Assembly: GCF_006345805.1 (NCBI RefSeq)
Contig: NC_043004.1
Coordinates: 57,784,001-57,848,000 of the forward strand
DNA length: 64,000 nt
Origin: Octopus sinensis
Taxonomy: Eukaryota
Direction: 5' to 3'
The translations under genes and the position numbers were made by a program. Under the pieces are notes generated by a model, which saw nothing but the letters and a program-made list of their open reading frames with translations, was not told where the DNA came from and did no database searches. Shown one piece after another: positions 13,508 through 25,749 of this stretch. How positions within the stretch are numbered: the stretch's first letter is position 1; each line of letters opens with the position of its first letter.

Positions 13508-13940
13508 CACACACACATATACACACACATACACACACATACACACACACATACACACACACATACACACACATACACACATATACACACACATACACAC
13601 ACGCACATACACACACATACACAAACACACATACACACACATACACACACACACACATACACATACACACATATACACACACATATATACACACATATAC
13701 ACACACACACATACACACACGCACATACACACACATACACAAACACACATACACACACATACACACATACACACACATACACACATATACACACACACAT
13801 ATATACACACATACACACACACATACACACACATATACACACACACGCACACACTCACACACACACATATATATATATATACACACACATACACACACAC
13901 ATATACACACACATACACACACACACACTCACACACACAC

Positions 13941-13974
<34 letters not shown>

Positions 13975-14028
13975 GCACACACTCACACACTCACACATAC
14001 ACACACACACGCACACACTCACACACAC

Positions 14029-14064
<36 letters not shown>

Positions 14065-14490
14065 CACACACACATATACACACACATACACACACATACA
14101 CACACACATACACACACACATACACACACATACACACATATACACACACATACACACACGCACATACACACACATACACAAACACACATACACACACATA
14201 CACACATACACACACATACACATACACACATACACACACACATATACACACATATACACACACACATACACACACGCACATACACACACATACACAAACA
14301 CACATACACACATACACACATACACACACATACACACATATACACACACATATATACACACATATACACACACACATACACACACATATACACACACACG
14401 CACACACTCACACACACACATATATATATATATACACACCACATACACACACACATATACACACACATACACACACACACTCACACACAC

Positions 14491-14524
<34 letters not shown>

Positions 14525-14665
14525 GCACACACTCACACACTCACACATACACACACACACGCACACACTCACACACACATATATATATATATACACACAC
14601 ACATACACACACATACACACACACATACACACACACGCACACACACACATACACACACACACACA

Positions 14666-14711
<46 letters not shown>

Positions 14712-14712
14712 C
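12925..14712. repeat. Compound (CA)n/(TACA)n microsatellite with ~557-bp higher-order periodicity
   Basis: Rare variants recur at fixed spacing, e.g. cacacc at ~13507 and ~14064. Identical peptide blocks end at 13433 and 13990 in the ORF track. Confidence 0.9.
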
Positions 14713-15949
14713 ATATTGCTGCTCGTTTCGTCTTAATTACTGTTCTTTATCACTCGCGCCTTTAAGTACTTAAATAAGCAACACCAATACTAGCCTCAAC
14801 AATATCCATATCATATCACGCTCACCATGTGGTATGAGATAAAAGGAGAAATGCAAGAAGGCAAAACATGATTATGGATTTTTTTTTTAATGCTGCTCAA
14901 TGAGATGTGGATCTGTTTGGGTAGGAAGGTACCAAGAGGTGTCGCAAGGTTTCCTGCCATTGATATTTTATGACTGATTTTGCGGGGTTGTTCTAATATG
15001 AAAAAGAGTAATGCAATAACAATAACAACAATACTAATCGCTACAACTGAAAATTCAAGAGGCGTATGCATTGACAATTTTTGAAAGGGTTATTCGTTGC
15101 CAGTACAGGGTAGAGTAGATTTGGAGCGGACATTTTCGACTCTTATGAAGGGGTAAATTTTAGGTCACTTCTATAAACCTGTACAGGCGTGTGGACCCAG
15201 TGGGGAGATGGAAGCGAAAACAAGTGTGGTCTCTGGCAGTAAACACTGAAGTTACGCTACTCTGACAGCATTGATACCATCCATGTAAAAGCTGACACTT
15301 GACCCACCGCGTTTTTTTCTGCTCTTAGAAATAAATAAATGAATAAAAACAAAAAGATTTCTGTATTATTTTTATGGCAAGGCATTCGGATAAGAAAATA
15401 AAGATTCTCGTTTAAAATGGCTGTCCTTTCTAAATGTGTGAGAAATAAATAATTAGACAGGTCACATAATTTGAAATCCAGAATATGAACTGTTAATAAA
15501 CGAGTAATCAAAAACTGCTTTTCTCCTGTGGCTGAGATTTTCAGAGAAATTACGATCTTTGGTAAATTTACATGACGACACTGCCACTTAATTAAAAGCT
15601 AAATTATTGACTTGCCTTTATGGCTATGATCTGATGGAATTACAATCATCCGGGGAGAAGGAAATGTAGAAAGGATTGCCCTTGGTAAAATAAAATTGTT
15701 CTTGATTGACTCTGTGCGAGATTGCGAGAAGAATGGAATTGGATTATTGCATTGATTATGATTCATCTTATTACTATTTCATTTTAAATACTGAATGTTT
15801 GAAACAATTTAAAGTACTTTCATACACACGCCTAAGACATTGAAAGCAATTAGCAAATACCAGATGAAAATAAATACTACAATTATCGAACTTCACTGGG
15901 CCACCCAGTATAGGCAATTACTAAGTCTGAAATTATACAAAACGAGAAG

Positions 15950-16067
15950 AATGTGAAAACGAATGAAAATGGATTACAGATTGTATGTGTTTGAATGGAA
16001 ATTAATCGATATTTGGCGATAACTTTGAATATAGAAATACACATACCACAAAAATATGCAGGTATAA

Positions 16068-16108
<41 letters not shown>

Positions 16109-16135
16109 GTACCGATTCGATACTATGCTCAATGC

Positions 16136-16181
<46 letters not shown>

Positions 16182-16639
16182 CTTTTCTACTATATGAACA
16201 AAGCCTGAAATTTGGGGAGAGAAAACTAGTCGATTATTGATTACATTGACCCCAGTGCGTAAATGGTACTTAATTTATCGACCCCTAAAGGGTGAAAGGC
16301 AATGTCATCTTCGGTAAACTTTGAACTCAGAATGTAAAACGAGAGGAATGCTGCTGAGCATATTGTGAAACGTGCGAACGATTCTGCCACCTCACCGGTC
16401 TAATAATAATAACAATTTCCAGTGAAATGCAGTCAACATCTGCAAATGGATCCAGATTAACCGACCAGACATAGTCATTAAAGATTGGGAAGCAGATATT
16501 TTTAGACCAATAGATGTAAGTGCTTCCACTGATGAAAATATATTTGTAAATGAGTTTGACAAATTAAGTAAATATATTGAAATGCAAAAGATAAGGAATC
16601 TTAAAGTGAAAACTGATCCTGTTATTGAAGGTGCCCTAA
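15950..16639 (+). repeat. Direct duplication, copy 1 (copy 2 at 17975-18685)
   Basis: Nearly identical ~700-bp blocks containing (ATT)n, (AAT)n, a SINE B fragment and a REL-LINE fragment. They differ mainly in microsatellite length. Confidence 0.93.
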
Positions 16640-16640
16640 T
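16420..16640 (+). mobile_element. Non-LTR retrotransposon fragment, restriction-like endonuclease (REL) domain
   Basis: Translates as NRPDIVIKDWEADIFRPIDVSASTDENIFVNEFDKLSKY...PVIEGAL, the PD..D..K REL motif of NeSL/R2/R4-group elements. Confidence 0.8.
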
Positions 16641-17213
16641 GAAACTAGTTGTCGTTATAAGAGTTTTGATAAACTTCGAAAGAACGTTAAAATTTTTTTG
16701 GAACAGTGGATCTCGAAGCAGATAAACCTGCAAGTAATAGCGTATAAATGGGGGTAAAAGCACTTAGAAAATGTTGAAAAAACTCGAACACACATCTCTA
16801 AATATGACAGGTGTTCTACTAGACGAAAGACAAATTTAAAGGAATGGTTAGGTCCAGAGGTAGAACGCTTCTCATGTTTACAGAAGATGCTGTTCGACTC
16901 CCACGCAGTGTCTTCGCATTTTTTCTATCCAGAGGGATCTTTATTTTAAAATTTACATGTTATGAACTATATCATTATATACGTCGAGATCCATTGCTCG
17001 AAAATAAGGAGTTATTTCACTGATAAAACTTGCTAGAGCGATATTCGCTACTGCAGCACTTCTCACTTGAAGACTAAACATTTAAAAATCCCATTAAACA
17101 AATAAAATATGCTGGAGATGTATTTATTGAAATAGCATTTTCAACATTTACTTTATATGTAATATGGACTGATACGCTCTTAGGATTGCCTTGAACACCA
17201 CAATGCTTCAAAG

Positions 17214-17258
<45 letters not shown>

Positions 17259-17360
17259 TAAATATAGAAGAAATTCTCCGCTACCAGCGGTCTAGCGAGA
17301 AAGAAAAGATAGTCAAAGACTATATAATATACATTCAACAATATATACTCGTCCTTGGCT

Positions 17361-17455
17361 TCTCTGCTGACGAGGCACGCCAGTTGTAAATAAATTTAAT
17401 TTAATTTAATTAATTTGTTTACAAAGGTTTGCCGAAACTATGCATAGTCCAGAGA
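17361..17455 (+). ncRNA. Type I hammerhead ribozyme, intact core
   Basis: Stem I tctctg(17361-66)/cagaga(17450-55); CUGACGA at 17367-73; stem II ggca/tgcc with a 13-bp AT-rich extension; GAAA at 17434-37; stem III acta-tgca-tagt (palindromic); GUC cleavage triplet at 17447-49. Confidence 0.88.
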
Positions 17456-17830
17456 TGAAAGGGGTAAACGTTTTTATTTCTCTTTCAATTTCAGAATTAC
17501 AACTATTTAGCGGTTTGAGTTTGGCTGCTCTTTCTAGTGAGTCGAATGTCTTATTATGGTCATTCCTTATATTGTTGAATGTATATTATATAGTCTTTGA
17601 CTATCTTTTCCTTCTCGCTAGACCGCTGGTAGCGGAGAATTTCTTCTAGAAATTTTTGCTACCCTTATATTTATTAATTAATGATTTTTTGGCTAATTTT
17701 GAAATTAAATCAGCAGTTTATATTTGCTGCTGAGAAGACCGCGCGATTGCGGTAAAATTTTGAAAATTTAGAGCATATAGACTGGAGGCTTCCTTATCAC
17801 CGCCTCGTGGATATATGCTCGTCCTAGGCT

Positions 17831-17925
17831 TCTCTGATGACGAGGCACGCCAGTTGTAGATAAATTTAATTTAATTTAATTAATTTGTTTACCAAAGTTT
17901 GCCGAAACTATGCATAGTCCAGAGA
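17831..17925 (+). ncRNA. Type I hammerhead ribozyme, second copy with C3->A core substitution
   Basis: Same layout exactly 470 bp downstream. The core reads AUGACGA (A at 17837) and two further substitutions fall in the stem II extension. Confidence 0.75.
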
Positions 17926-17974
17926 TGAAAGGGGTAAACGTTTATTTATTTCAAACATTCATAAATATACGAAT

Positions 17975-18168
17975 AATGTGAAAACGAATGAAAATGGATT
18001 ACAGATTGTATGTGTTTGAATGGAAATTAATCGATATTTGGCGATAACTTTGAATATAGAAATACACATACCACAAAAATATGCAGGTATAACATTATTA
18101 TTATTATTATTATTATATTATTATTATTATTATTATTATTAGTACCGATTCGATACTATGCTCAATGC

Positions 18169-18226
<58 letters not shown>

Positions 18227-18685
18227 CTTTTCTACTATATGAACAAAGCCTGAAATTTGGGGAGAGAAAACTAGTCGATTATTGATTACATTGACCCCAG
18301 TGCGTAAATGGTACTTAATTTATCGACCCCTAAATGGTGAAAGGCAATGTCATCTTCGGTAAACTTTGAACTCAGAATGTAAAACGAGAGGAAATGCTGC
18401 TGAGCATATTGTGAAACGTGCGAACGATTCTGCCACCTCACCGGTCTAATAATAATAACAATTTCCAGTGAAATGCAGTCAACATCTGCAAATGGATCCA
18501 GATTAACCGACCAGACATAGTCATTAAAGATTGGGAAGCAGATATTTTTAGACCAATAGATGTAAGTGCTTCCACTGATGAAAATATATTTGTAAATGAG
18601 TTTGACAAATTAAGTAAATATATTGAAATGCAAAAGATAAGGAATCTTAAAGTGAAAACTGATCCTGTTATTGAAGGTGCCCTAA
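17975..18685 (+). repeat. Direct duplication, copy 2 (of 15950-16639)
   Basis: See copy 1. Here the REL-LINE fragment continues past the duplication to ~18800. Confidence 0.93.
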
Positions 18686-18800
18686 GTATGATATGAAAGA
18701 GATAAGAGAAACATATGGGTAATATTCCAGAAGAACTTTGTCTCAGAGAAATCCGAAAAATTGTGCTGACAAGTACTGTCCACATCCTTAGAAAACCCCA
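18462..18800 (+). mobile_element. REL-domain non-LTR retrotransposon 3' fragment
   Basis: NRPDIVIKD...GALSMI*KR*EKHMGNIPEELCLREIRKIVLTSTVHILRK, the typical C-terminus of this LINE group. Confidence 0.82.
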
Positions 18801-18961
18801 TTAATTTAAATATCTGAAGATATTTGGCTACTGCCCCTGCAAACTCCCCCCCCCAAGCTTTCAGTCATACTGTAACATCTTTCATCGTTCACTCACGCTA
18901 GGACGCTGGATGTGTCTCGGCAAACGATTGTAACAAATATGAAGATTGAAAGTAAATAATG

Positions 18962-19023
<62 letters not shown>

Positions 19024-19024
<1 letters not shown>

Positions 19025-19460
19025 TGGAATGCTTGTAAATACTACAAAATTAAATCCCATGATAAGTGGTACAGGCACCATCTAGAGGATGTAGTAAATG
19101 GCGAGGGTGTCACCATCCTATGGAACGTCCCAATACAAACAGACAGAAAAATTGACACCAATCGACCAGACATTGTGATCAAGGAGTACAAAAGAGGAAT
19201 TTGTCTGTTAATAGATATATCTGTCCCACAAGATGAAAATGTCTCAAGAAGGAAATACGAAAAGCTTTCTGCAAGTTGAAATCGCTAAATTGTGGAAGCT
19301 TAGTACTACGATAATACCAGTAGTAATGTTGCATGGGAAGGATAAAGAAGAGAGCTGAGAAGTATAGTAAGCATCTCCCTAATAACTCCAATCTCCGTGA
19401 ACTACAAAAAATAACTTTGATAGGTACATCCCATACACGACGGAAAGCACTCTCCATCTA
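19024..19460 (+). mobile_element. REL-domain non-LTR retrotransposon 3' fragment (different subfamily)
   Basis: ORF 18959-19279 encodes ILWNVPIQTDRKIDTNRPDIVIKEYKRGICLLIDISVPQDENVSRRKYEKLS. The frameshifted C-terminus ends ...LIGTSHTRRKALSI*, and an (AAT)n tail lies at ~19588-19735. Confidence 0.88.
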
Positions 19461-19609
19461 AAATAGAATAAATGTGGTGATAAATTTAGCATGCATAGCA
19501 TAACAAAAGTCCCTTGCAACTCTTGGCCTCCGGAGAATGCCCGGTACTAAGGCAGCTGAAATAAAGTTATAATGAAAAGAAACCATAAATAATAATAATA
19601 ATAATAATA

Positions 19610-19660
<51 letters not shown>

Positions 19661-20374
19661 TGATGATGATGATGATAATAATAATAACAATAACAACAAC
19701 AACAACAAAAATAAAAACAGCAATAATAATAATGCTTTTTAGTTCAGCTTACATACGTGACTGAGTTTGTAATTTATTCGTTTTCTAATTCATTTAAGTG
19801 AACAGACTGCAACGTATTAGTAATATTTATTTTATCAGTTTCGAAAGATAGAAATCAGCATTGACACCGTAGAGGATTGGATTGCAAACAATGGAGGAAC
19901 GAAGTAGATAGCTTAAGGTATAGTATAAGGCCATCACTTATATCGACCATCTCTTGTTGTTGCAATGACAGTTATTTTAGATGATTTTTGTATTAGATTA
20001 AGTGTCGACCTCGTTGTATTCCTGACGCCTGAATCATTGACTGCGAGCGACATCATTCACTGCGATCACCTTTTCTGCCTCCATTATGTCCGCCATCAGA
20101 ATCAACAGACGTACACGAATAGGCTGGACAATGGAGGAAGCCCATGGCGAGATTGCCACACTGCATCTCATACATGCTAAATACTGTTTATCGTTGTAAG
20201 CAACATAGCAACATAGTTATTTGTCTACTCCTTCGGAATTGACCATGGGGCAATACGATAAAACATGAGAATACTTCTGCTTAAACGAATACAGACGAAT
20301 GAATAAAAATATTATGTGGCATTTAGTTTAAGGCCAAAATAATGATTTCTAGAGATCCCAGTGAATTTAATGTA

Positions 20375-20405
<31 letters not shown>

Positions 20406-20410
20406 GTAAT

Positions 20411-20650
20411 CACTCAAGTACCAGCATGACTAAAAAAGATCGGTGCAAGTGTGAAGGTAGAACACCCACAAAAATCAGCTTTGCTTGGAACTGCAAGAAT
20501 TCTTCGCAGTGTTCTTGAAGTATGAGTAGTAAATAAGTGTCACCTTAGTCTGCTGGCTGTGGACAGCTGACACTTTCCATCGAACCCAGCAAACTAAGCC
20601 GTGGTTTTTCATCACATAATAATAATAATAATAATATAATAATAATAATA

Positions 20651-20689
<39 letters not shown>

Positions 20690-20713
20690 TGATAATAATA
20701 ATAATAATAATTA
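20411..20713 (+). mobile_element. Extreme 3' end of a REL-type LINE with (AAT)n tail
   Basis: IGASVKVEHPQKSALLGTARILRSVLEV* followed by a 3' UTR (ggctgtggacagctgacac) and (AAT)n. A more decayed relative lies at ~31790-31910. Confidence 0.75.
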
Positions 20714-20715
20714 TT

Positions 20716-22670
20716 ATTATTATTTACTAGCCACCAGGGACGAACACGAAACCTAGAAAATGATACACAAAGGAGGGAGAGTGAGGTTAAATGTGTAAAC
20801 AACCAACAAGCACAATGATTAACGAAGGGATTACATCAGCAATATGCTTCCCCAATAAGGGGAGTCCAACCGTAAGGTGACCAAAAATATCTTACACACT
20901 TTTGACCCCTTCACATCAAAGGCTACTCATGAAGGCACCGTCTCTTCTTCCACCCGGCCTTCAGCACACACTTGTAGTAGGTCCATTCACGCCACATTCA
21001 CCAACCTTTCAACGAACGTACTGGGTGACAGTACCTCCCTCACCAGCCTCAATTTCCTTTTCAGGTGGAACCTGGAAAATTCAATGAAGCCTTAACTAAA
21101 GAAGAAGGCACCCGTCTTCAACCATTTCAATCGCGTCTATAACACAACCACTTCTGCCATAGTCACGAGACAGTGAAAAGTTGCCCTCCCTTCCCGGCCA
21201 AAAGAAGGAGATAGGACGATATTCACTATCGATATGGTCGATAGCCGAATCCATCTTACACACCACAATAACTGCTCTACAAACCTCCACATGTCAGTAA
21301 TGCGCGAACACTGTACGAGAGCATGCAGAATGTTTTCATCCTTCCGCATACATCTCGGACAAGCCAGAATGACTGTACACCCCTACCTGTAGAGTTTATC
21401 TCGAACCGGCAGTGCCACCTTGTGGCACTGCCAGTCCATGGATTTCTGGAAGCTGTCCATATCTCTCGGCCCACAAGTCCCCCGGAAGTGACCAGCCAGT
21501 TGATGCCCAGGACATCTCCGAGTACGTCGTCGCTCTTGCGCTCCACTAATACCCTGTAGAACTACAAGGTGGAATTTCCACCGACCGAACTGACCGACTG
21601 GCCGAGGGCTATGAGCATCTTTCGACACTCTTTGTGTGAAGCGCCCTTCTTTGATCTACGCCTGATCTTCGACTGTAGCTCCGTCAAGGAGATTAGCTGC
21701 GGGAAAGCGCGTTCAATAAACGGCGACCACACCTGCTCACTGTTAAGGTATCACTGAAAATCACGCAGCCCCAGTCACAGCATGCCCAGTCCTCCACACA
21801 ACGTATGCTGACAGCTAATAGACTGTGTGACAAGCGGTATCTGTCCCCTCCACAGGAAGCGAAAGAGCAAACAAACCAGCCAGCTCAGCCATGCAGAGGG
21901 GCAAAGGATGACAGTCAGGCGGTAGTATATGACGGATGCGGTGTATACATTCACCACCTCCGCGTGACCATTCAGGGACAGCTTCCTCTTGGTCCATTTC
22001 TGGGGGAGACTGGCCACCCTGTCACCTCGCCCCAGTTCTTGTCCACTCGGATATCCGGACCGAAGCAGACCCCGAGCAACTTAACAGATACTTACGTCCA
22101 GCGCCCCACAATGCATGGCAATGGGCCTGCCTCTCCAGGCGCCGAGTTGCAGGCCCACTGACTTCAGGTCGATCATTGCTCCTGTAAGCGCTTCGTTTTT
22201 ACCTTAGGGTTGTGCTGACCATCTCGATTTCTGACATGTCCGACGCTATCACAGTGACGCCGTCCGCATATGCCGACACGAACCTTTCGCATCGCAGTTC
22301 ACGTGGGATGCTTCTCGAAACCTCCAGCTTTTGCAGTAATGGCTTGAGTGCCAGTACGTAGAGAAGGGGTGAGAGTGGACATCCTTGACGGACCAAATGT
22401 GCGATACTAAACGATTCCGAGAGGTGGTCATTTACTTTGTCCGCTGAACAGATGTCACTGTACATTGCAGCGATCCAGTCTCTGAAAATGGGACCGAAAC
22501 CAGCCAATTTGAGGACAGCCTGCAAGTACAGGTGGTCGAAACTATCAAGAGTTTTCGATTAATACAAATGGACCAGGGCTCTACCCGTGCATGCTTCTTT
22601 ACCAACCCTCTTTATGATCTATTGCGTGAGATGGAATTTGTCATGTATAGTTCAGCTGACACTGCAGTAC
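20716..22670 (-). mobile_element. 5'-truncated, decayed L1/Tx1-clade LINE (RT plus C-terminal region)
   Basis: Minus-strand frames give GFGPIFRDWI...VRQGCPLSPLLYVLAL...SAYADGVTVI (RT motifs) and WTKRKLSLNGHAEVVNVY...FLWRG...GGLGM, with many frameshifts and stops. Confidence 0.92.
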
Positions 22671-22718
22671 ACCTCTAGCGTTATAAGCTGTGCAAAGGCA
22701 ATAATTAAATAAATAAAC

Positions 22719-22752
<34 letters not shown>

Positions 22753-23526
22753 GTAATTTTGAGGGATGGGGCATGTCGATAACATCGACCCAGTTGCTCA
22801 ACCGGTACTTATTTCACTCACCCTGAAAGAATGGACGAAATGCCGCTAAACATTTTGTCCGGCGGGCTAAAGAGGCTGCCAAATGAAAATAAATCTTTTT
22901 AATTTTTGGCACAAAGCTAGCAGTTTGGAGGAAAGAGGAAAGTCGATTACATCGGCCATAGTACACAGCTGATACTTGGTTTACCGACTTCGAAATAACT
23001 AAAAGCGAAGTCGACCTCGGTGGAATAGAATTCAGAAAGTAAAGATTTGAAAGAAATACCACAAGATATTTTTTTCCTGATGCTTAAACAATTCTGCCAA
23101 AATAACACCCTAAGTAATTTGAAATGTGGGCACAATGCTAGAAGTTTTGTAGATGAGCGAAGGATGAGGAGTCAGCATCAGTTAATGCAGATTTTTTTTA
23201 TCCATCTCGTTGGAATGTAAGGCAAATTTAACATCGGCGAAATTGAACTCAGAACACTAAAGGGCTGTGGTAATATACTGCGAAGTATTTTCACCTCAGC
23301 AAGTAGCCGAAGGAAACGGGTGTGTATATTTTAGGATTCGTTCCCACTGACTGAAGTTTTAGGCAAGTATTATTTGCCTTAGACTCGCATCAATGAAAGC
23401 CATTTTGGTAAAATTTATAAAACAATAACTGTACAGAAGCCTATGGGACGAAGTATTTCTTTTCTTGCATGTCATCCTGTTTAACATTACTTCCCAGCTG
23501 TTGGGAGTATTTGGTGGAGGACAATC

Positions 23527-23940
23527 TCTTTACTCTTTTACTCTTTTACTTGTTTCAGTCCTTTAACTGCGGCCATGCTGGAGCACCGCCTTTAGTCGAG
23601 CAAATCGACCCCGGGACTTATTTTTTTGTAAGACCAGTACTTATTCGATCGGTCTCTTTTGCCGAACCGCAAAGTGACAAGGACATAAACACACCATTAT
23701 CGGTCGTCAAGCAATGCTAGGGGGACAAACACAGACACACAAACACACACACATACATATATATTTATACATATATACGACGGGCTTCTTTCAGTTTCCG
23801 TCTACCAAATCCACTCAGAAGGCATTGGTCGGCCCGGGGCTATAGCAGAAGACACCTGCCCAAGATGCCACGCAGTGGGACTGAACCCGGACCAATGTGG
23901 TTTGTAAGCAAGCTACTTACCACACAGCAACTCCTGCGCC
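23527..23940 (-). mobile_element. SINE family A, full length
   Basis: Complete reverse copy ending ...cacagcaactcctgcgcc. Confidence 0.93.
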
Positions 23941-24870
23941 TGCTGCATTTATTCGGTCATCTTGTTTGAGACTAAGTTCCCTTCAGTAATTTTTGAGGTA
24001 CTGTAAAACGATTAAAAGTGCAAACTTCTTCCCCAAACTATACCATGTAACACTGAATAAAAATGGCTACAAGTTTATATGAGAAGAAAGTAAAGTCGAT
24101 TGTATATAATTGGTTTTTATTTCATCGATTTCAAAGAAGTCGGAAATCACTCAAACACGGTCGATATTGAAATGAAGAAATAAAATTAAAATGCAATCCA
24201 ATATTTTAATACTATACATTTCTGACACTCTGTATGGAAGAAAGTTCGTACTGATGTGGTGTACATACTTTTTACATCTCAGTTGAGACTAAGACATAAA
24301 TATAATGATTGTATATTTATTAGGCTACAAAATCTATGTTGGTTTTTTTTATATATTTATTTTTAGTTAATTTATATCAAGTAATCTTTACTAATAGCAG
24401 CATTGTCTATATTTGCGATGACTTATACAGCGGTTAGTATTATCATTGAACAAATAATTCTGTGTCACTCGCGTAAAATAGAGACGTCCTTATTTTCAAC
24501 TGTATCGCTTGTACTTAGCGATATATGAGTTGGTAGGAAATTCATTCACTCATTCATTCGTTCATATATACATACATACCTTTTAACCAGAATGTCACGT
24601 ATTAAAATTGAACCAAAAGCAAGTTTATTTATTTAAGACGTGTGTTCTCTGTTAAGATCTACAGCGAGAAAGAATGTTGAGTTGTTGAGGTCAAATGTTA
24701 TGTCATCCTTCCTTGTTAAATGAGCGTTTAAGTGACCTAAAATCCTACAGACATGTGTAACCTTAATGTCATTTACTGGTTGAATAAGAGTGGCACAATA
24801 TGATAATGTGCTCATGATGATGATGATGATGATGATGATAATAATACTAAAGCAAATATTCTGCTCAATA

Positions 24871-25322
24871 GTTTTGTCTTAGTATAAAAGATGGGCTACA
24901 GCAAATATTCTGCTCAATACCACAGATTTGCTTGTCAGTTGTTTGACCTTAACCAGTTAAGCATGTCTGATCACGAGCAGAAGTAATGGGGGAGTATCAT
25001 AGCCGTGTGTTAAGAGGGAATCTTTGGGGATTGAATAATTCACCTCTGAAAACATGGGTGTTTCGTTCAACATCCTTAAACAACCCTTATTCAGGGACCT
25101 TTTGAGCGGGATGTGTTATTCGACCAGAAGAAAATTCTAACTGGGCCCCACCTGCAAGGTCATGTGCTGTTTATCTTGATAGGAGATCACCATGCCGCGC
25201 ACATATGGTTGTGATGCATGTACCTAGTGTACCCTTATCAGACGGGTAGTCATGATGGGTACACTGGGCTTCGTATAGTTTACCCCAGTGTCACTTTGAT
25301 GACATGACCTGCACTCTTACGC

Positions 25323-25381
<59 letters not shown>
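24871..25381 (+). mobile_element. Retroposon 3' end family D with (AAT)n tail (second copy at 41962-42568)
   Basis: ~450 bp aligns by eye with 42040-42500. Both copies end ...ctct(t/c)ac(g/t)caataataat(n). Confidence 0.8.
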
Positions 25382-25382
<1 letters not shown>

Positions 25383-25749
25383 CCTTTCTATTGAAGTCAC
25401 ATGACTAGAAATTTGTGGAGAGGGGTCTAGTCGGTTATATCGACTCCAGTGTTTCACTGGTATTTAATTTATCAACCCCGAAAGGATGATAGGCAAAATC
25501 AACATCGGCTGAATTTGCCTTGCTCAATACGGTAACGATTCTACTAACTCACCCATTTAATAATGGCTTCAAATTTTAGCACAAGGCCAGTAATTTCGAG
25601 GGAGTGGATAACTCTTTTGCTTCCAATTCAGTGCCCAACTGGTACTTATTTTATCAAACCCGAAGGATGAAAGGCAAAGTCGACCTTGACGGAATTTGAA
25701 TACAGAACATAAAGACGGACGAAATGCTGCTAAGGATATCCTCCAATGC

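Larger units (their letters stand above)
17265..17943 (+). mobile_element. Hammerhead-bearing non-autonomous element (Penelope-pLTR or retrozyme-like)
   Basis: 81-bp inverted repeats (17265-17345 and 17568-17648, one mismatch) plus ~133-bp direct repeats (17341-17473 and 17811-17943), each carrying a hammerhead. Confidence 0.7.

Noticed and set aside
12839-14773. 644-aa His/Thr ORF
   Set aside because: It is a translation of a CA/TACA microsatellite, which lacks stops by composition.
24581-24760. Possible minus-strand exon with donor at 24580
   Set aside because: All three frames between the candidate splice sites contain stops.
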